Positions 1 to 8,755 of a stretch of DNA of 33,112 bases are shown here, in pieces (the first letter of the stretch is position 1; each line of letters begins with the position of its first letter). The stretch is from Oscillospiraceae bacterium UBA1230 (lineage in GTDB: Bacteria; Bacillota; Clostridia; Oscillospirales; Oscillospiraceae). The translations under genes and the position numbers were made by a program. The DNA is taken from positions 3,339 to 36,450 of the forward strand of contig DBWU01000062.1 in NCBI GenBank assembly GCA_002309395.1, read 5' to 3'. Below the pieces are notes generated by a model. The model was given only the letters and a program-made list of their open reading frames with translations, was not told the DNA's origin and did no database searches.

Positions 1-26
1 CGTTTCGAATCCCGCTTCGCCCACCA
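1..26 (+). tRNA. tRNA 3'-end fragment (T-loop, acceptor 3' strand, CCA); possible att-site remnant
   Basis: TTCGAATCCCGCTTCGCCC-A-CCA at 4-26. The bases before the T-loop are CGT, not the GGG needed to pair with CCCGC. Truncated by the window edge, so the isotype is unknown. Confidence 0.5.
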
Positions 27-29
27 CGC

Positions 30-60
30 AAAAACACCGCCCTCTCGGACGGTGTTTTTT
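30..60. terminator. Bidirectional intrinsic terminator between the tRNA fragment and tRNA-Ser
   Basis: AAAAACACCG...CGGTGTTTTTT hairpin with A and T tracts on the two sides. Confidence 0.75.
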
Positions 61-151
61 GGCGCAGTGGGAGGGATTCGAACCCTCGTGCCGCTTTTGA
101 CGACAACACGATTTCCAGTCGTGCTCGTTATGACCACTTCGATACCACTGC
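60..151 (-). tRNA. tRNA-Ser (GGA)
   Basis: Minus strand GCAGTGG...CCACTGC-G-CCA acceptor stem, anticodon arm CACGA-CTGGAAA-TCGTG, long variable arm, GGTTCGAATCC T-arm, G discriminator. Confidence 0.96.
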
Positions 152-196
152 ATTTCCGCGGCGTACCCTGTGTTTACTGTATCCGCAACATGGGTT

Positions 197-224
197 ATTA
201 TACCAAAGTTCAACCGTTTGTCAA
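197..224 (-). promoter_or_regulatory. Sigma-A promoter of tRNA-Ser
   Basis: Minus strand TTGACA-N16-TATAAT with TG extended -10. Confidence 0.8.
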
Positions 225-319
225 GCAAAAAACAAAAAAGAGGCGGATTTTTCCTCCGCCGCCGCTTCACCCGCGGCGCGTCTTTGACATAGATTGGTAC
301 AGAACGAAAGGGCAAAGGG

Positions 320-988
320 GTGCTTTCATTGCAGGGATCGCTTTCCTTTACCGATGAAAAACAAGAGTTTCCGCCGGAGGATCTGCCGCTTTTGAGCGCG
401 CAATGCCGCCTGCCCCGTCTGGAAGGCGCCTGCCGCTTCAACCGCTATTATGACGCCTATCGCCGCGCGTTTTTTACATACTGCCGCAAGGTACTGTTGC
501 CTATGGCACAAGCGACGTATGCCCTGGCATCAGGGCAGGGCGGCGCCATCCCCGCGTGGCAGATCACGCTGGATACCACCGTAACGCTGGAGCAGTTTCC
601 GCTATTGAGCCTCTACACCGACACGGCGGAGTGTCTGGACGGCAAACGCACCGTTTTGCGCCGCGCCGACACGTGGGATCTCTCCGCCGACGCGCCTCTG
701 CCGCCCGGCGCGCTGTTCCCTGCCGGCGTCCACTGGCGCCGGGCTCTGTTACGCGAGGTGTCGCGCCAGATCCGCCGCCAGATCGCCGACGGGGTATCCC
801 TCTATCACCCGGATTGGCGGCGTCGTTTATACGCCGATTTTTCCGCCGAGCGGATCTATCTGACACCGGAGTCGCTGTGCTTATACTATCAAACGTACGC
901 CATCGCCCCTGCCGTGGAGGGCGTGCCGGTGTTCCGCGTCCCCTACGATGCGGAATTGGGACCGCGTCTGCCGCTATCAGGCGCATAA
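320..988 (+). CDS. RsiV / DUF3298-DUF4163-like protein
   Basis: C-terminal IYLTPESLCLYYQTYAIAPAVEGVPVFRVPY resembles the DUF3298/RsiV motif. GTG start. No obvious transmembrane segment. Confidence 0.7.
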   Translation: MLSLQGSLSFTDEKQEFPPEDLPLLSAQCRLPRLEGACRFNRYYDAYRRAFFTYCRKVLLPMAQATYALASGQGGAIPAWQITLDTTVTLEQFPLLSLYTDTAECLDGKRTVLRRADTWDLSADAPLPPGALFPAGVHWRRALLREVSRQIRRQIADGVSLYHPDWRRRLYADFSAERIYLTPESLCLYYQTYAIAPAVEGVPVFRVPYDAELGPRLPLSGA

Positions 989-1030
989 AAACGCGCCGGA
1001 ACGGAGCTTCTCACTCTGTTCCGGCGCGTT
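989..1030. terminator. Hairpin terminator between the convergent RsiV-like gene and trkA
   Basis: AACGCGCCGGAACGGAG...CTCTGTTCCGGCGCGTT inverted repeat. Confidence 0.7.
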
Positions 1031-1040
1031 ATCTTCTTTC

Positions 1041-2399
1041 TTATGCCAAAATATCCACCAGATCGTTCAAGCCTGCCGCACGGGTGACCACCACCACCCG
1101 ATCCCCCTCCTGCAAGGAGGTGGTGCCGCCGGGGATAATGATCTCCTGCCCTCTGGCGATCGCCGCCAGCAGCAGTCCCCGCCGCAAAGGCAGATCCTTC
1201 AGCGGCCGGTTCAGCACGGCGGCGCTGGCGGCGGTGGCGGTAAATTCCAGCGCCTCCACCGTGCCGTCGAGCATCTTGTACAGGCTCTCCACCGCACTGC
1301 CCTCGCTGTTGGCAAGGGCGCGCACGTATCGCGTGATCTGGTTGGCGGTGATATCACGGGGTGAGATGATGCTGTCCACGCCGGTATCTCGCACCAGCTC
1401 GATATAGTTGGGACGGGTCATCTTGGCGATCACCTTGGCAACGCCGAAGCGCTGTGCGTTAAGCGCCATCAGCAGGTTCTCCTCGTCCCGTCCCGTCAAG
1501 GACACGAAGGCATCCGCCTCAAAAATATTCTCACTGCGCAGAAGATCGGCGTCCGTTCCGTCGCCCTCGATGATCATGGCGTCCGGCAGTTGAGAGGCAA
1601 GACGCACGCATTTTTCTCCGCTGATCTCCACCACGCGCACCTTGATCCCCACGCGAGCCAGCTCCCAGGCGAGATACACCGCCGTGCGGCTTCCGCCCAG
1701 CACGGAAACGGTCTTCACCCTCTGCTGCGTTCTGCCGATGGCGCGGAGCATCTTTTGCAGCTCCGGCTTACTGCCCACCATATAGAGCTTATCGCCGGGC
1801 TGGGGCGCAAAGCTGCCGTCCGGGATCAGGATCTCACTGCCGTGTTCGGCGGCGCACACCAGCACGTTTGCCAGCCGCGCGCGGCGGAAATCGCCCAGCG
1901 TCACGCCGGCGATCGCGTCGCCCTCCTCCACGTGGAAGCCGATCATATCCACGCGGCCCTGGGCAAACGGCTCCACGGAAAACGCCGTGGGGAAGCTCAA
2001 GATCCGGGCGATCTCCTTGGCGGCGCCCAGATCGGGGTTGATGACCATATCCAGTCCGATCTCCCGTTTGAGGGTATCCGCGTCGCGCCGGTATTCCGGG
2101 TTCCGCACCCGGGCGATGGTATGGCGCGCACCCAGCTTCTTGGCGATCAGACAGCACACGAGGTTCGTCTCGTCCTTATCCGTCACGGCGATCACCAGAT
2201 CCGCCTGCCGTACGCCCGCCTCGATCAGCACGCTGATACTGGCGCCGTTTCCCTCCACGCACATGATATCCAGCGTACTGTCCGCCTTCCGCAGTGCGGC
2301 GGCGGCGGAGTCCACCATCACGATATCGTGGTTCTCCTGCGCCATCTGGGTAGCGATGGCGTAACCCACTTTTCCGTTGCCCACAATGATAATCTTCAT
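1041..2399 (-). CDS. trkA: Trk system potassium uptake regulatory subunit TrkA (two RCK_N/RCK_C pairs)
   Basis: 452 aa. N-terminal GNGKVG Rossmann motif, second VLGGSRTA motif, DETNL/DEENL and INPD/ISPR motifs. Confidence 0.93.
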   Translation of the reverse strand: MKIIIVGNGKVGYAIATQMAQENHDIVMVDSAAAALRKADSTLDIMCVEGNGASISVLIEAGVRQADLVIAVTDKDETNLVCCLIAKKLGARHTIARVRNPEYRRDADTLKREIGLDMVINPDLGAAKEIARILSFPTAFSVEPFAQGRVDMIGFHVEEGDAIAGVTLGDFRRARLANVLVCAAEHGSEILIPDGSFAPQPGDKLYMVGSKPELQKMLRAIGRTQQRVKTVSVLGGSRTAVYLAWELARVGIKVRVVEISGEKCVRLASQLPDAMIIEGDGTDADLLRSENIFEADAFVSLTGRDEENLLMALNAQRFGVAKVIAKMTRPNYIELVRDTGVDSIISPRDITANQITRYVRALANSEGSAVESLYKMLDGTVEALEFTATAASAAVLNRPLKDLPLRRGLLLAAIARGQEIIIPGGTTSLQEGDRVVVVTRAAGLNDLVDILA

Positions 2400-2400
2400 C

Positions 2401-3273
2401 TTACGTTCCTTTCCCGTTCCACGTCCACGAAAAGTGCTTGGGATACATATGCAGCAGCGTGCCGTTCAGCTCGCCGCCCAAAATCAGCACCGTGCCGCTC
2501 ATATAGAGCCAGAGCAGCGACACCACGATGGTGGCGATGGAGCCGTACAGCTCCGTATAGTGCGCGAAATGTTCCACGTAGTAGGAAAACGCCAGGCTCA
2601 CCAGCAGCCACGACACCACCGACATCCCCACGCCGGGCAGGATCTGCCGCAGCGTCATGCGCCGCCCCAGCGCCAGCATGTGCAGCGCCGAGAGCATCAG
2701 CGCCGCCAGCAGTGCCATCAGCGCGAAGCGGAGATACCCCCACGCGGCGGTAAATCCGTCAGGCAGCGCCACCAGTTGGGACACGAAGTTCAACATGCGC
2801 CTGCCTGCCACGCTCAAAAGCGCGCTGACCACGATGGTCACGATCAGTCCCACCGAAAAGAGCAACGTACTCACCTGCGCCTTGAGGATATTCTCCGGCT
2901 CGTCGAACCCGTAGGCGCGGCGCATCGACTGCATCAGGCATCCGGTGGCGCGCATGGGGAACCAGATAGAGAACACCAGGCAAAACCACATCAACTGCCG
3001 GCTGGTGTTGCCGGAAACGTATTCCAGATAACTGCGGATCACGCTGACCACCGCCGGCGGTACCAGCGTCTCCAGTATCCGCACGATCCCCTCCACGTCC
3101 AGTGCCAGTGCGCCCAGCACCATGCTGATGAAGATCAGCAGAGGGAATACGGCAAAAAGCAGGTAGTAGGTCAGCGCCGCCGTCATCCGCGCCACGTCGT
3201 GTACGTAATAGCGCTCCAGCATCTGCCGCGCCGCCGCCCAGAACCCGGTTGTTTTTTTCCCAGTCTTTCCCAT
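2401..3273 (-). CDS. YihY / virulence factor BrkB family membrane protein
   Basis: AALTYYLLFAVFP and YGSIATIVVSLLWLY motifs, several TM helices. Start moved to ATG 3273 behind a GGAGG RBS. Confidence 0.88.
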   Translation of the reverse strand: MGKTGKKTTGFWAAARQMLERYYVHDVARMTAALTYYLLFAVFPLLIFISMVLGALALDVEGIVRILETLVPPAVVSVIRSYLEYVSGNTSRQLMWFCLVFSIWFPMRATGCLMQSMRRAYGFDEPENILKAQVSTLLFSVGLIVTIVVSALLSVAGRRMLNFVSQLVALPDGFTAAWGYLRFALMALLAALMLSALHMLALGRRMTLRQILPGVGMSVVSWLLVSLAFSYYVEHFAHYTELYGSIATIVVSLLWLYMSGTVLILGGELNGTLLHMYPKHFSWTWNGKGT

Positions 3274-3353
3274 AAGCTTCCTCCTGCCGCGTATTGTACC
3301 ACACCGTGCCGGAAAATAAAAGGGATTTTTCACCCTTACGGCGAAATCCGGGT

Positions 3354-3986
3354 CTATTCCCGTCCCAATTGGTACAAAAGCGCGTTGCAGATGGCGGCGG
3401 CCACGTTACTGCCGCCCTTGCGTCCCCGTGCCACGATATACGGCGCGTCGGCCTCCATCAGCAGTTCTTTGGCAGGCACCACGTTGACAAATCCCACCGG
3501 CACGCCGATCACCAGCTCCGGGCGCACCGCGCCGGCGTCCATCAGCTCCCGCAGGCGGATGAGTGCCGTAGGCGCGTTGCCGATGGCGAAGATCAGCGGC
3601 CGGTCGATCTTCGCCGCCTTATCCATAGACGCCGCGGCACGGGTGGTGCCGTGTTCGGCGGCGGCAAGCGCCACGTCCTCGTCCGCCATGAAGCAGAACA
3701 CCTCGCCGCCGTGTCGATGGAGCGCCGCCTTGTTGATCCCCGCCTTGCCCATGTTGGTGTCGGTAACGATACACGCGCCGCGCCGGATGGCGTCCAGCCC
3801 CTTTCCCACCGCGCCGGGCGAGAAACAGAGATTGTCGGCATAGTCAAAATCCGCCGTGGTATGGATCACACGCATGATGACCGGCGCCAGCTCCTCCTCC
3901 AGCGGATGGGGAAGCTCCCCGGCGATGATCTGGAAACTCCTCGCCTCGATCTCCTTGGGCGTAACGTTCTCAAAACGGTGTTTCAT
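3354..3986 (-). CDS. cbiC: Cobalt-precorrin-8 methylmutase CbiC/CobH
   Basis: IEARSF, RVIHTTADF, AIGNAPTAL, GVPVGFVNV and GRKGGSNVAAAICNA motifs. Confidence 0.95.
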   Translation of the reverse strand: MKHRFENVTPKEIEARSFQIIAGELPHPLEEELAPVIMRVIHTTADFDYADNLCFSPGAVGKGLDAIRRGACIVTDTNMGKAGINKAALHRHGGEVFCFMADEDVALAAAEHGTTRAAASMDKAAKIDRPLIFAIGNAPTALIRLRELMDAGAVRPELVIGVPVGFVNVVPAKELLMEADAPYIVARGRKGGSNVAAAICNALLYQLGRE

Positions 3987-5473
3987 CTGACTCCCTCCTC
4001 CAGTATCCGATCGATGCGTTCCATATCAAGGTGCCGTTCCACCGCGTCCGCCAGCAAGTCGAACTGCCGCCGCTTATAGGCGGCATAGTCGAAGGCGGTC
4101 AGCGCCGCCGGGTCGATCCCTTTGCGGCGGCACAGAAGGCGCAAAAGCGCCGTGCGGCAGGATTCCGTGTCGAAAAACCCGTGGAGATAACTGCCCCACA
4201 CCGTGTCTTTTACACAGCCGTCCTCTCCGCCGCCGTCCAGCGTGAGAAGCGGCGCGGCGCCGGGCGCGAGCTGCGTCCTGCCCATGTGGATCTCATAACC
4301 GTCCACCGTCGCGCCGGAGAGCTCCGGCAGCGCCTCACAGGTGCGGATCGTTCCCCCCGTCCGGGTGCGGTGCTTTTCCCCGGAGAACTCCGTAACCACC
4401 GGGAGAAGTCCCATTCCTTCTATCCTGCCGCCGCCCTCGGCGCCGCAATCATCGCTGATGCGCCGCCCCAGCATCTGGTAGCCGCCGCAGATACCGCACA
4501 CCGGCGTTCCGGCGGCCGCCAGCTTTCGGATCGCCGCCTCCAGACCGCATTGGCGCAGCCACAGAAGATCGGCGATGGTGTTCTTGGTGCCGGGCAGGAT
4601 CACGAGATCCGGCGTTCCCAGCTCCCGCACCGAATCCACGTACCGCACCGCCACGCCTTCCGTGGCTTCCAGGGCCGTAAAGTCGGTGAAATTGGCGATC
4701 CGCGGTAAACGCGCCACCGCCACGTCCAACAGGGCCTGTCCGCGCCGGGCAAAGCGCCGGGTGAGGCTGTCCTCATCCTCCAGATCTACGGAAAGATACG
4801 GCAAAACGCCTGCCACCGGCTTCCCGGTCAACTCCTCCAACTGTCTCAGACCCGGCCGCAGGATCGCCGGATCGCCCCGGAACTTGTTGATGACCGTAGC
4901 GCGGACGAGCCGCCGTTCCTCCTCGTCCAACAGCGCCACCGTGCCGTACAGCTGGGCGAATACGCCGCCCCGGTCGATGTCGCCCACCAGCAAAACCGGC
5001 GCGCCCACCATTCTGGCAAGTCCCATGTTCACGATGTCGTCCTGCTTGAGGTTGATCTCCGCCGGAGAGCCGGCGCCCTCTATGACGATCACGTCGTTTT
5101 GCGCGTTGAGCGTTTCAAAGGCGTCCATGATACGGGGGATCAGCGATTTTTTCATAGCGAAATACGCTGCGGCGGAATAGTTGCCCAGCACCTCGCCGTT
5201 CACGATCACCTGAGAACCCGCGTCCGTCACGGGTTTGAGCAAAATCGGGTTCATCAGCACCGACGGCTCCGCGCCGCAGGCTTCCGCCTGCACCACCTGC
5301 GCCCTGCCCATCTCCAGTCCCTCACGGGTGATGAAGGAATTGAGCGCCATATTCTGGCTCTTAAAGGGCGCCACGCGCAGACCGCGCCGGTAGAACACGC
5401 GGCAAAGCCCGGCGGTAAGAAGGCTCTTCCCCACGCCGGACATCGTTCCCTGCACCATGATGATTTTAGCCAT
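3983..5473 (-). CDS. cbiP: Cobyric acid synthase CbiP/CobQ
   Basis: QGTMSGVGKS, PFKSQNMALNS, EGAGSPAEINL, GATase GICGGYQMLG and YLHG motifs. Confidence 0.96.
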   Translation of the reverse strand: MAKIIMVQGTMSGVGKSLLTAGLCRVFYRRGLRVAPFKSQNMALNSFITREGLEMGRAQVVQAEACGAEPSVLMNPILLKPVTDAGSQVIVNGEVLGNYSAAAYFAMKKSLIPRIMDAFETLNAQNDVIVIEGAGSPAEINLKQDDIVNMGLARMVGAPVLLVGDIDRGGVFAQLYGTVALLDEEERRLVRATVINKFRGDPAILRPGLRQLEELTGKPVAGVLPYLSVDLEDEDSLTRRFARRGQALLDVAVARLPRIANFTDFTALEATEGVAVRYVDSVRELGTPDLVILPGTKNTIADLLWLRQCGLEAAIRKLAAAGTPVCGICGGYQMLGRRISDDCGAEGGGRIEGMGLLPVVTEFSGEKHRTRTGGTIRTCEALPELSGATVDGYEIHMGRTQLAPGAAPLLTLDGGGEDGCVKDTVWGSYLHGFFDTESCRTALLRLLCRRKGIDPAALTAFDYAAYKRRQFDLLADAVERHLDMERIDRILEEGVR

Positions 5474-6503
5474 TGAGCACCTCCCGTAACGCCTCGATCA
5501 GCTCCCGGTTTTCCGCCTCCGTTTTGATCCCGATGCGGAAATACGTCTCGTTCAATCCTGTAAAATTGCCGCACCGGCGCACCAGGATCCCCCGCTCCAG
5601 CAGGGGTTTCCACACCTCCCGTTCCGCCCGGCACAGAAGAAAATTCGCCGCGCCGGGGAACACCGTGACCCCCATGCCGCTCAGCGCCTCTATCAGATAC
5701 CGCCGCTCCTTTTCCACCAGCGCCGCCGTCCGCTCGCGCCATGAGGGCGCCGTCAGCGCCGCAAGTCCGGCGCGCTGTGCCGGCGCCGACACGCTCCACG
5801 CCGCGCCGTAGGCGGCGATATCCTCCGCCAAACGCCCGTCGGGGCAGATCAGGTACCCCAGCCGCAGTCCTGCCATGGCGTAGAATTTCGTGAACGCCCG
5901 CAGGATCAGCAAGCGGTGGAATTCCTCCTGCCGCGGCAGGAGCGACGGCGCGTCGGTAAAGTCCAAAAAACACTCGTCCGCGATGAGATGCGTACCGTTC
6001 TCCCGGCACCGTTTTACGATCTGCTCCAGCAGTTCACCGTCCCACAGCCGCCCGGTGGGGTTGTTGGGCTGGCACAGGAACACCGCGTCGATCTCCGGGG
6101 TCAGCGCGGCGAGGATCGTCTCGTCCGGCGCAAAACCGCGGTCTTCCCTCAGCGGGACCTCCCGTATCTCCGCGCCGAACAGCGCGGCGCACCGGGCGTA
6201 TTCGGAAAAGGTGGGGGAGGGCACCAGCACACGCCGGGGCCGCAGCCACGCGCAGATCCGCATGATGAGATCCGCCGCGCCGGCGCCGCAGACGATCCGC
6301 TCCGGCGTCACGCCGTGGTGCCGTGCCAGCGCGCCGCGGAGCGCCCGGCAATACGGGTCGGGATAGCGCCCGTCCTCCGCCGCGCCGCTTCGCACCGCCG
6401 CGATCACCTCCGCCGGCAATCCCAGCGGATTGGTATTCACAGAAAAATCCAGACGAACCGGCAAGCCGCCGTAAATATCGCCGCCGTGGTCATAACCAAA
6501 CAT
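5466..6503 (-). CDS. cobD: L-threonine-O-3-phosphate decarboxylase (PLP-dependent)
   Basis: HGGD, DFSVNTNPLG, PNNPTG, DECFLDF and PLP-lysine motif AFTKFYAMAGLRLGY. Position inside the cob operon. Confidence 0.88.
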   Translation of the reverse strand: MFGYDHGGDIYGGLPVRLDFSVNTNPLGLPAEVIAAVRSGAAEDGRYPDPYCRALRGALARHHGVTPERIVCGAGAADLIMRICAWLRPRRVLVPSPTFSEYARCAALFGAEIREVPLREDRGFAPDETILAALTPEIDAVFLCQPNNPTGRLWDGELLEQIVKRCRENGTHLIADECFLDFTDAPSLLPRQEEFHRLLILRAFTKFYAMAGLRLGYLICPDGRLAEDIAAYGAAWSVSAPAQRAGLAALTAPSWRERTAALVEKERRYLIEALSGMGVTVFPGAANFLLCRAEREVWKPLLERGILVRRCGNFTGLNETYFRIGIKTEAENRELIEALREVLNG

Positions 6504-7446
6504 AGCAACACACCCTCTCCAACAGTACCAGCGCCAGCATCAGGCAGGACGCGCCCCACAGCAGCCGGTGGGCAAGCAGAATATCCTCCGGCGTCGCCGG
6601 GCGCAGATCGTCGCCGATCCACTCCTTCCGGTGGCGCACGCCGCCGTAACAGGCGTCGCCTGCCAGGCGGATCCCCAGCGCCCCGGCCGCCGCCGCCTCC
6701 GTCTGGGCGGAATTGGGGCTGGCGTGCTTGCGCCGGTCGCGCCGCCAAACGCGCCACGCCCCGGAGGGGTTCAGTCCCGTCAGGGCGGCGGCGGCGATCA
6801 TCAGAAGCGCCGCAAGACGGGACGGCAAATAGTTCAACACGTCGTCCAGCTTGGCGGCGCAAAAGCCGAAATCACGGTAGCGGTCGTTGCGATAGCCGAA
6901 CATGGAGTCCATCGTGTTGACGGTTTTATAAAGACAGCCGCCTGCCGCGCCGAACAGCATCAGGTACCATAGCGGCGCGATCTCGCCGTCGGAGGTGTTC
7001 TCCGCCACCGTTTCCACAGCGGCGCGGATCACCCCCGGCTCGTCCAGCGCGTCCGTATCGCGCCCCACGATCCTGCCCACGGCGGCGCGGGATTCTTCCA
7101 GCGTGCCTCCCTGTAAGGCGGTGTAGACCTGCCGGCTCTCCTTTTGTAAGCTCCGGGCGGCAAGGCACTGCCAGCAGAGGATTGCCGATACCGCGCCGTA
7201 GCACCACGGATGGATCCGCCACGCCAGCGCCAACAGCGCCGCCGGGATCCCTGCGCCGATACACAGCATACACGCCACCAGCAAAAACCCTGCCAGACGC
7301 TTATTACGCATGGGATAGAGCCGCTTCTCCAGCCACGCGGCGACCGCGCCGTACAGCCGCACCAGGTGGGGCCATCGGGGCGGATCGCCCAGCCATATAT
7401 CCAGCGCAAACCCTGCCAGCAAAGCCGCCGTATCATAAAGAAGCAT
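6490..7446 (-). CDS. cbiB: Adenosylcobinamide-phosphate synthase CbiB
   Basis: LGDP, IVGRDT, ETVAENTSDG, NTMDSMFGY and HASPNS motifs. Confidence 0.95.
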   Translation of the reverse strand: MLLYDTAALLAGFALDIWLGDPPRWPHLVRLYGAVAAWLEKRLYPMRNKRLAGFLLVACMLCIGAGIPAALLALAWRIHPWCYGAVSAILCWQCLAARSLQKESRQVYTALQGGTLEESRAAVGRIVGRDTDALDEPGVIRAAVETVAENTSDGEIAPLWYLMLFGAAGGCLYKTVNTMDSMFGYRNDRYRDFGFCAAKLDDVLNYLPSRLAALLMIAAAALTGLNPSGAWRVWRRDRRKHASPNSAQTEAAAAGALGIRLAGDACYGGVRHRKEWIGDDLRPATPEDILLAHRLLWGASCLMLALVLLERVCCYVWL

Positions 7447-8755
7447 ACTGCGCCGCCTTTCTCACAAACCGCCGGGCAAACGCCTCGTTTGCCGGAAAAT
7501 AGAGATGGGGAAATCCCGCCCACAGCGTGTCCGTGGCGTGAACGCACGTCCGCTGTGTGCCGTCCGGCTTTTCGGCGGTAAACGCATCGCCGTAGTCCGT
7601 GGTATCGCAGTAGTGGAACTCGTGAACGCGGATCGTCTCCTCTGCCGGGCAGAGAAGGTTATCACGCCGGGCGCGCAGCGTGGCGTATCCGAACCGGCGC
7701 AGGCGATCGGTGCGTCGCGCCTCGGCATGGATCACGCCTGCCATCGCCTCGCCTTCCAGCGTATCGTGGAGATAGAGGAATCCGCCGCACTCCGCCACCG
7801 TGGGCATCCCTGCCGCGACAGCGTCCGCGATCTCCTGGCGGATCGGATTGGCAGCCAGCCGGGCGGCGTACAGCTCAGGATAGCCGCCGGGCAGATACAC
7901 TCCGCCTGCTTCCGGCGGCAAGTGGCGGTCGTTCAGAGGGCTGAAAAACGCCAGGCGCGCCCCCAGCGCCTCTAAAAGCCGCAGATTCTCCTCATAGAGG
8001 AAGCAGAACGCCTCGTCCCGCGCCACGGCGACGGTCACCTGCGGCGTCTGCGCCGCCGGTTCCTCCGCCGCCGGAAGCCCGGACGCCCCGGCCGCCAGAG
8101 ATAAGACGCCGTCCAGATCCAGAAATTGTTCCGCCAGATCGCCCAGCGCGTCCAGCCGTTCGGTCAGATCTCCGACCTCTCCGGCGGTCAGCAGTCCCAG
8201 ATGCCGGCTTTTGAGGGTCACCGCCTCGCTGTGGGGCAAAAACCCCAGCGGCGTAAGTCCTGCGGAAACCGCCAGCTCCTTCAGTCCCCCGTAAAGCGAG
8301 GGCGAGGCGTCGTTAAAAATAACGCCCTGCAAACCGCTATCTTGCCGGAAGGTGCGGAATCCCTGCATCAGCGCGCCGACGGAGGTATACGCGCCGCGCG
8401 CATTCACCACCAAAACCGCCGGGGTGTCCGTTGCGCGGGATACGTCCCAGGTGCTGTACCGTCCGGCGCTTCCCACGCCGTCGTAGTAGCCCATCACGCC
8501 CTCGATCACCGCCACGCTTCCCTCTGCCGCCCCCAGGGCGCGGCACAGCGCGTCACCGGGCAGGAAAAACGGGTCCAGATTGCCCGACGGCACCCCCAGT
8601 ACCCGGCGGTGGAAGGTGGGGTCGATATAGTCCGGGCCGCACTTATAGGCATGGAGCGGCACGCCCCGGCGCTTGAGCGCCTGTAAAAGGGCGCAGGTCA
8701 CGGTGGTCTTGCCGCACCCGGAACGGGTGCCGGCGATCAGCACACGGTCGTTCAT
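7433..8755 (-). CDS. cbiA: Cobyrinate a,c-diamide synthase CbiA/CobB
   Basis: SGCGKTT, KCGPDYIDP, EGVMGYYDG, SRHLGL, GGYPEL, AECGG and HEFHY motifs. Start at ATG 8755 overlaps the cbiET stop (ATGA). Confidence 0.94.
   Translation of the reverse strand: MNDRVLIAGTRSGCGKTTVTCALLQALKRRGVPLHAYKCGPDYIDPTFHRRVLGVPSGNLDPFFLPGDALCRALGAAEGSVAVIEGVMGYYDGVGSAGRYSTWDVSRATDTPAVLVVNARGAYTSVGALMQGFRTFRQDSGLQGVIFNDASPSLYGGLKELAVSAGLTPLGFLPHSEAVTLKSRHLGLLTAGEVGDLTERLDALGDLAEQFLDLDGVLSLAAGASGLPAAEEPAAQTPQVTVAVARDEAFCFLYEENLRLLEALGARLAFFSPLNDRHLPPEAGGVYLPGGYPELYAARLAANPIRQEIADAVAAGMPTVAECGGFLYLHDTLEGEAMAGVIHAEARRTDRLRRFGYATLRARRDNLLCPAEETIRVHEFHYCDTTDYGDAFTAEKPDGTQRTCVHATDTLWAGFPHLYFPANEAFARRFVRKAAQYASL

Noticed and set aside
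60-151. Possible selenocysteine or otherwise unusual tRNA because of the long variable arm
   Set aside because: The anticodon is GGA and the acceptor stem is 7 bp, so it is an ordinary class II tRNA-Ser
52-357. 101-aa ORF
   Set aside because: Runs antisense through tRNA-Ser and its promoter
2377-3843. 488-aa plus-strand ORF and similar long Arg/Ala/Pro-rich ORFs across the cob operon
   Set aside because: They overlap well-supported genes on the other strand or frame, and their composition is typical of non-coding frames in GC-rich DNA
5466-6503. Histidinol-phosphate aminotransferase (hisC)
   Set aside because: Same fold, but the HGGD N-terminus and the position between cbiB and cbiP favour threonine-phosphate decarboxylase
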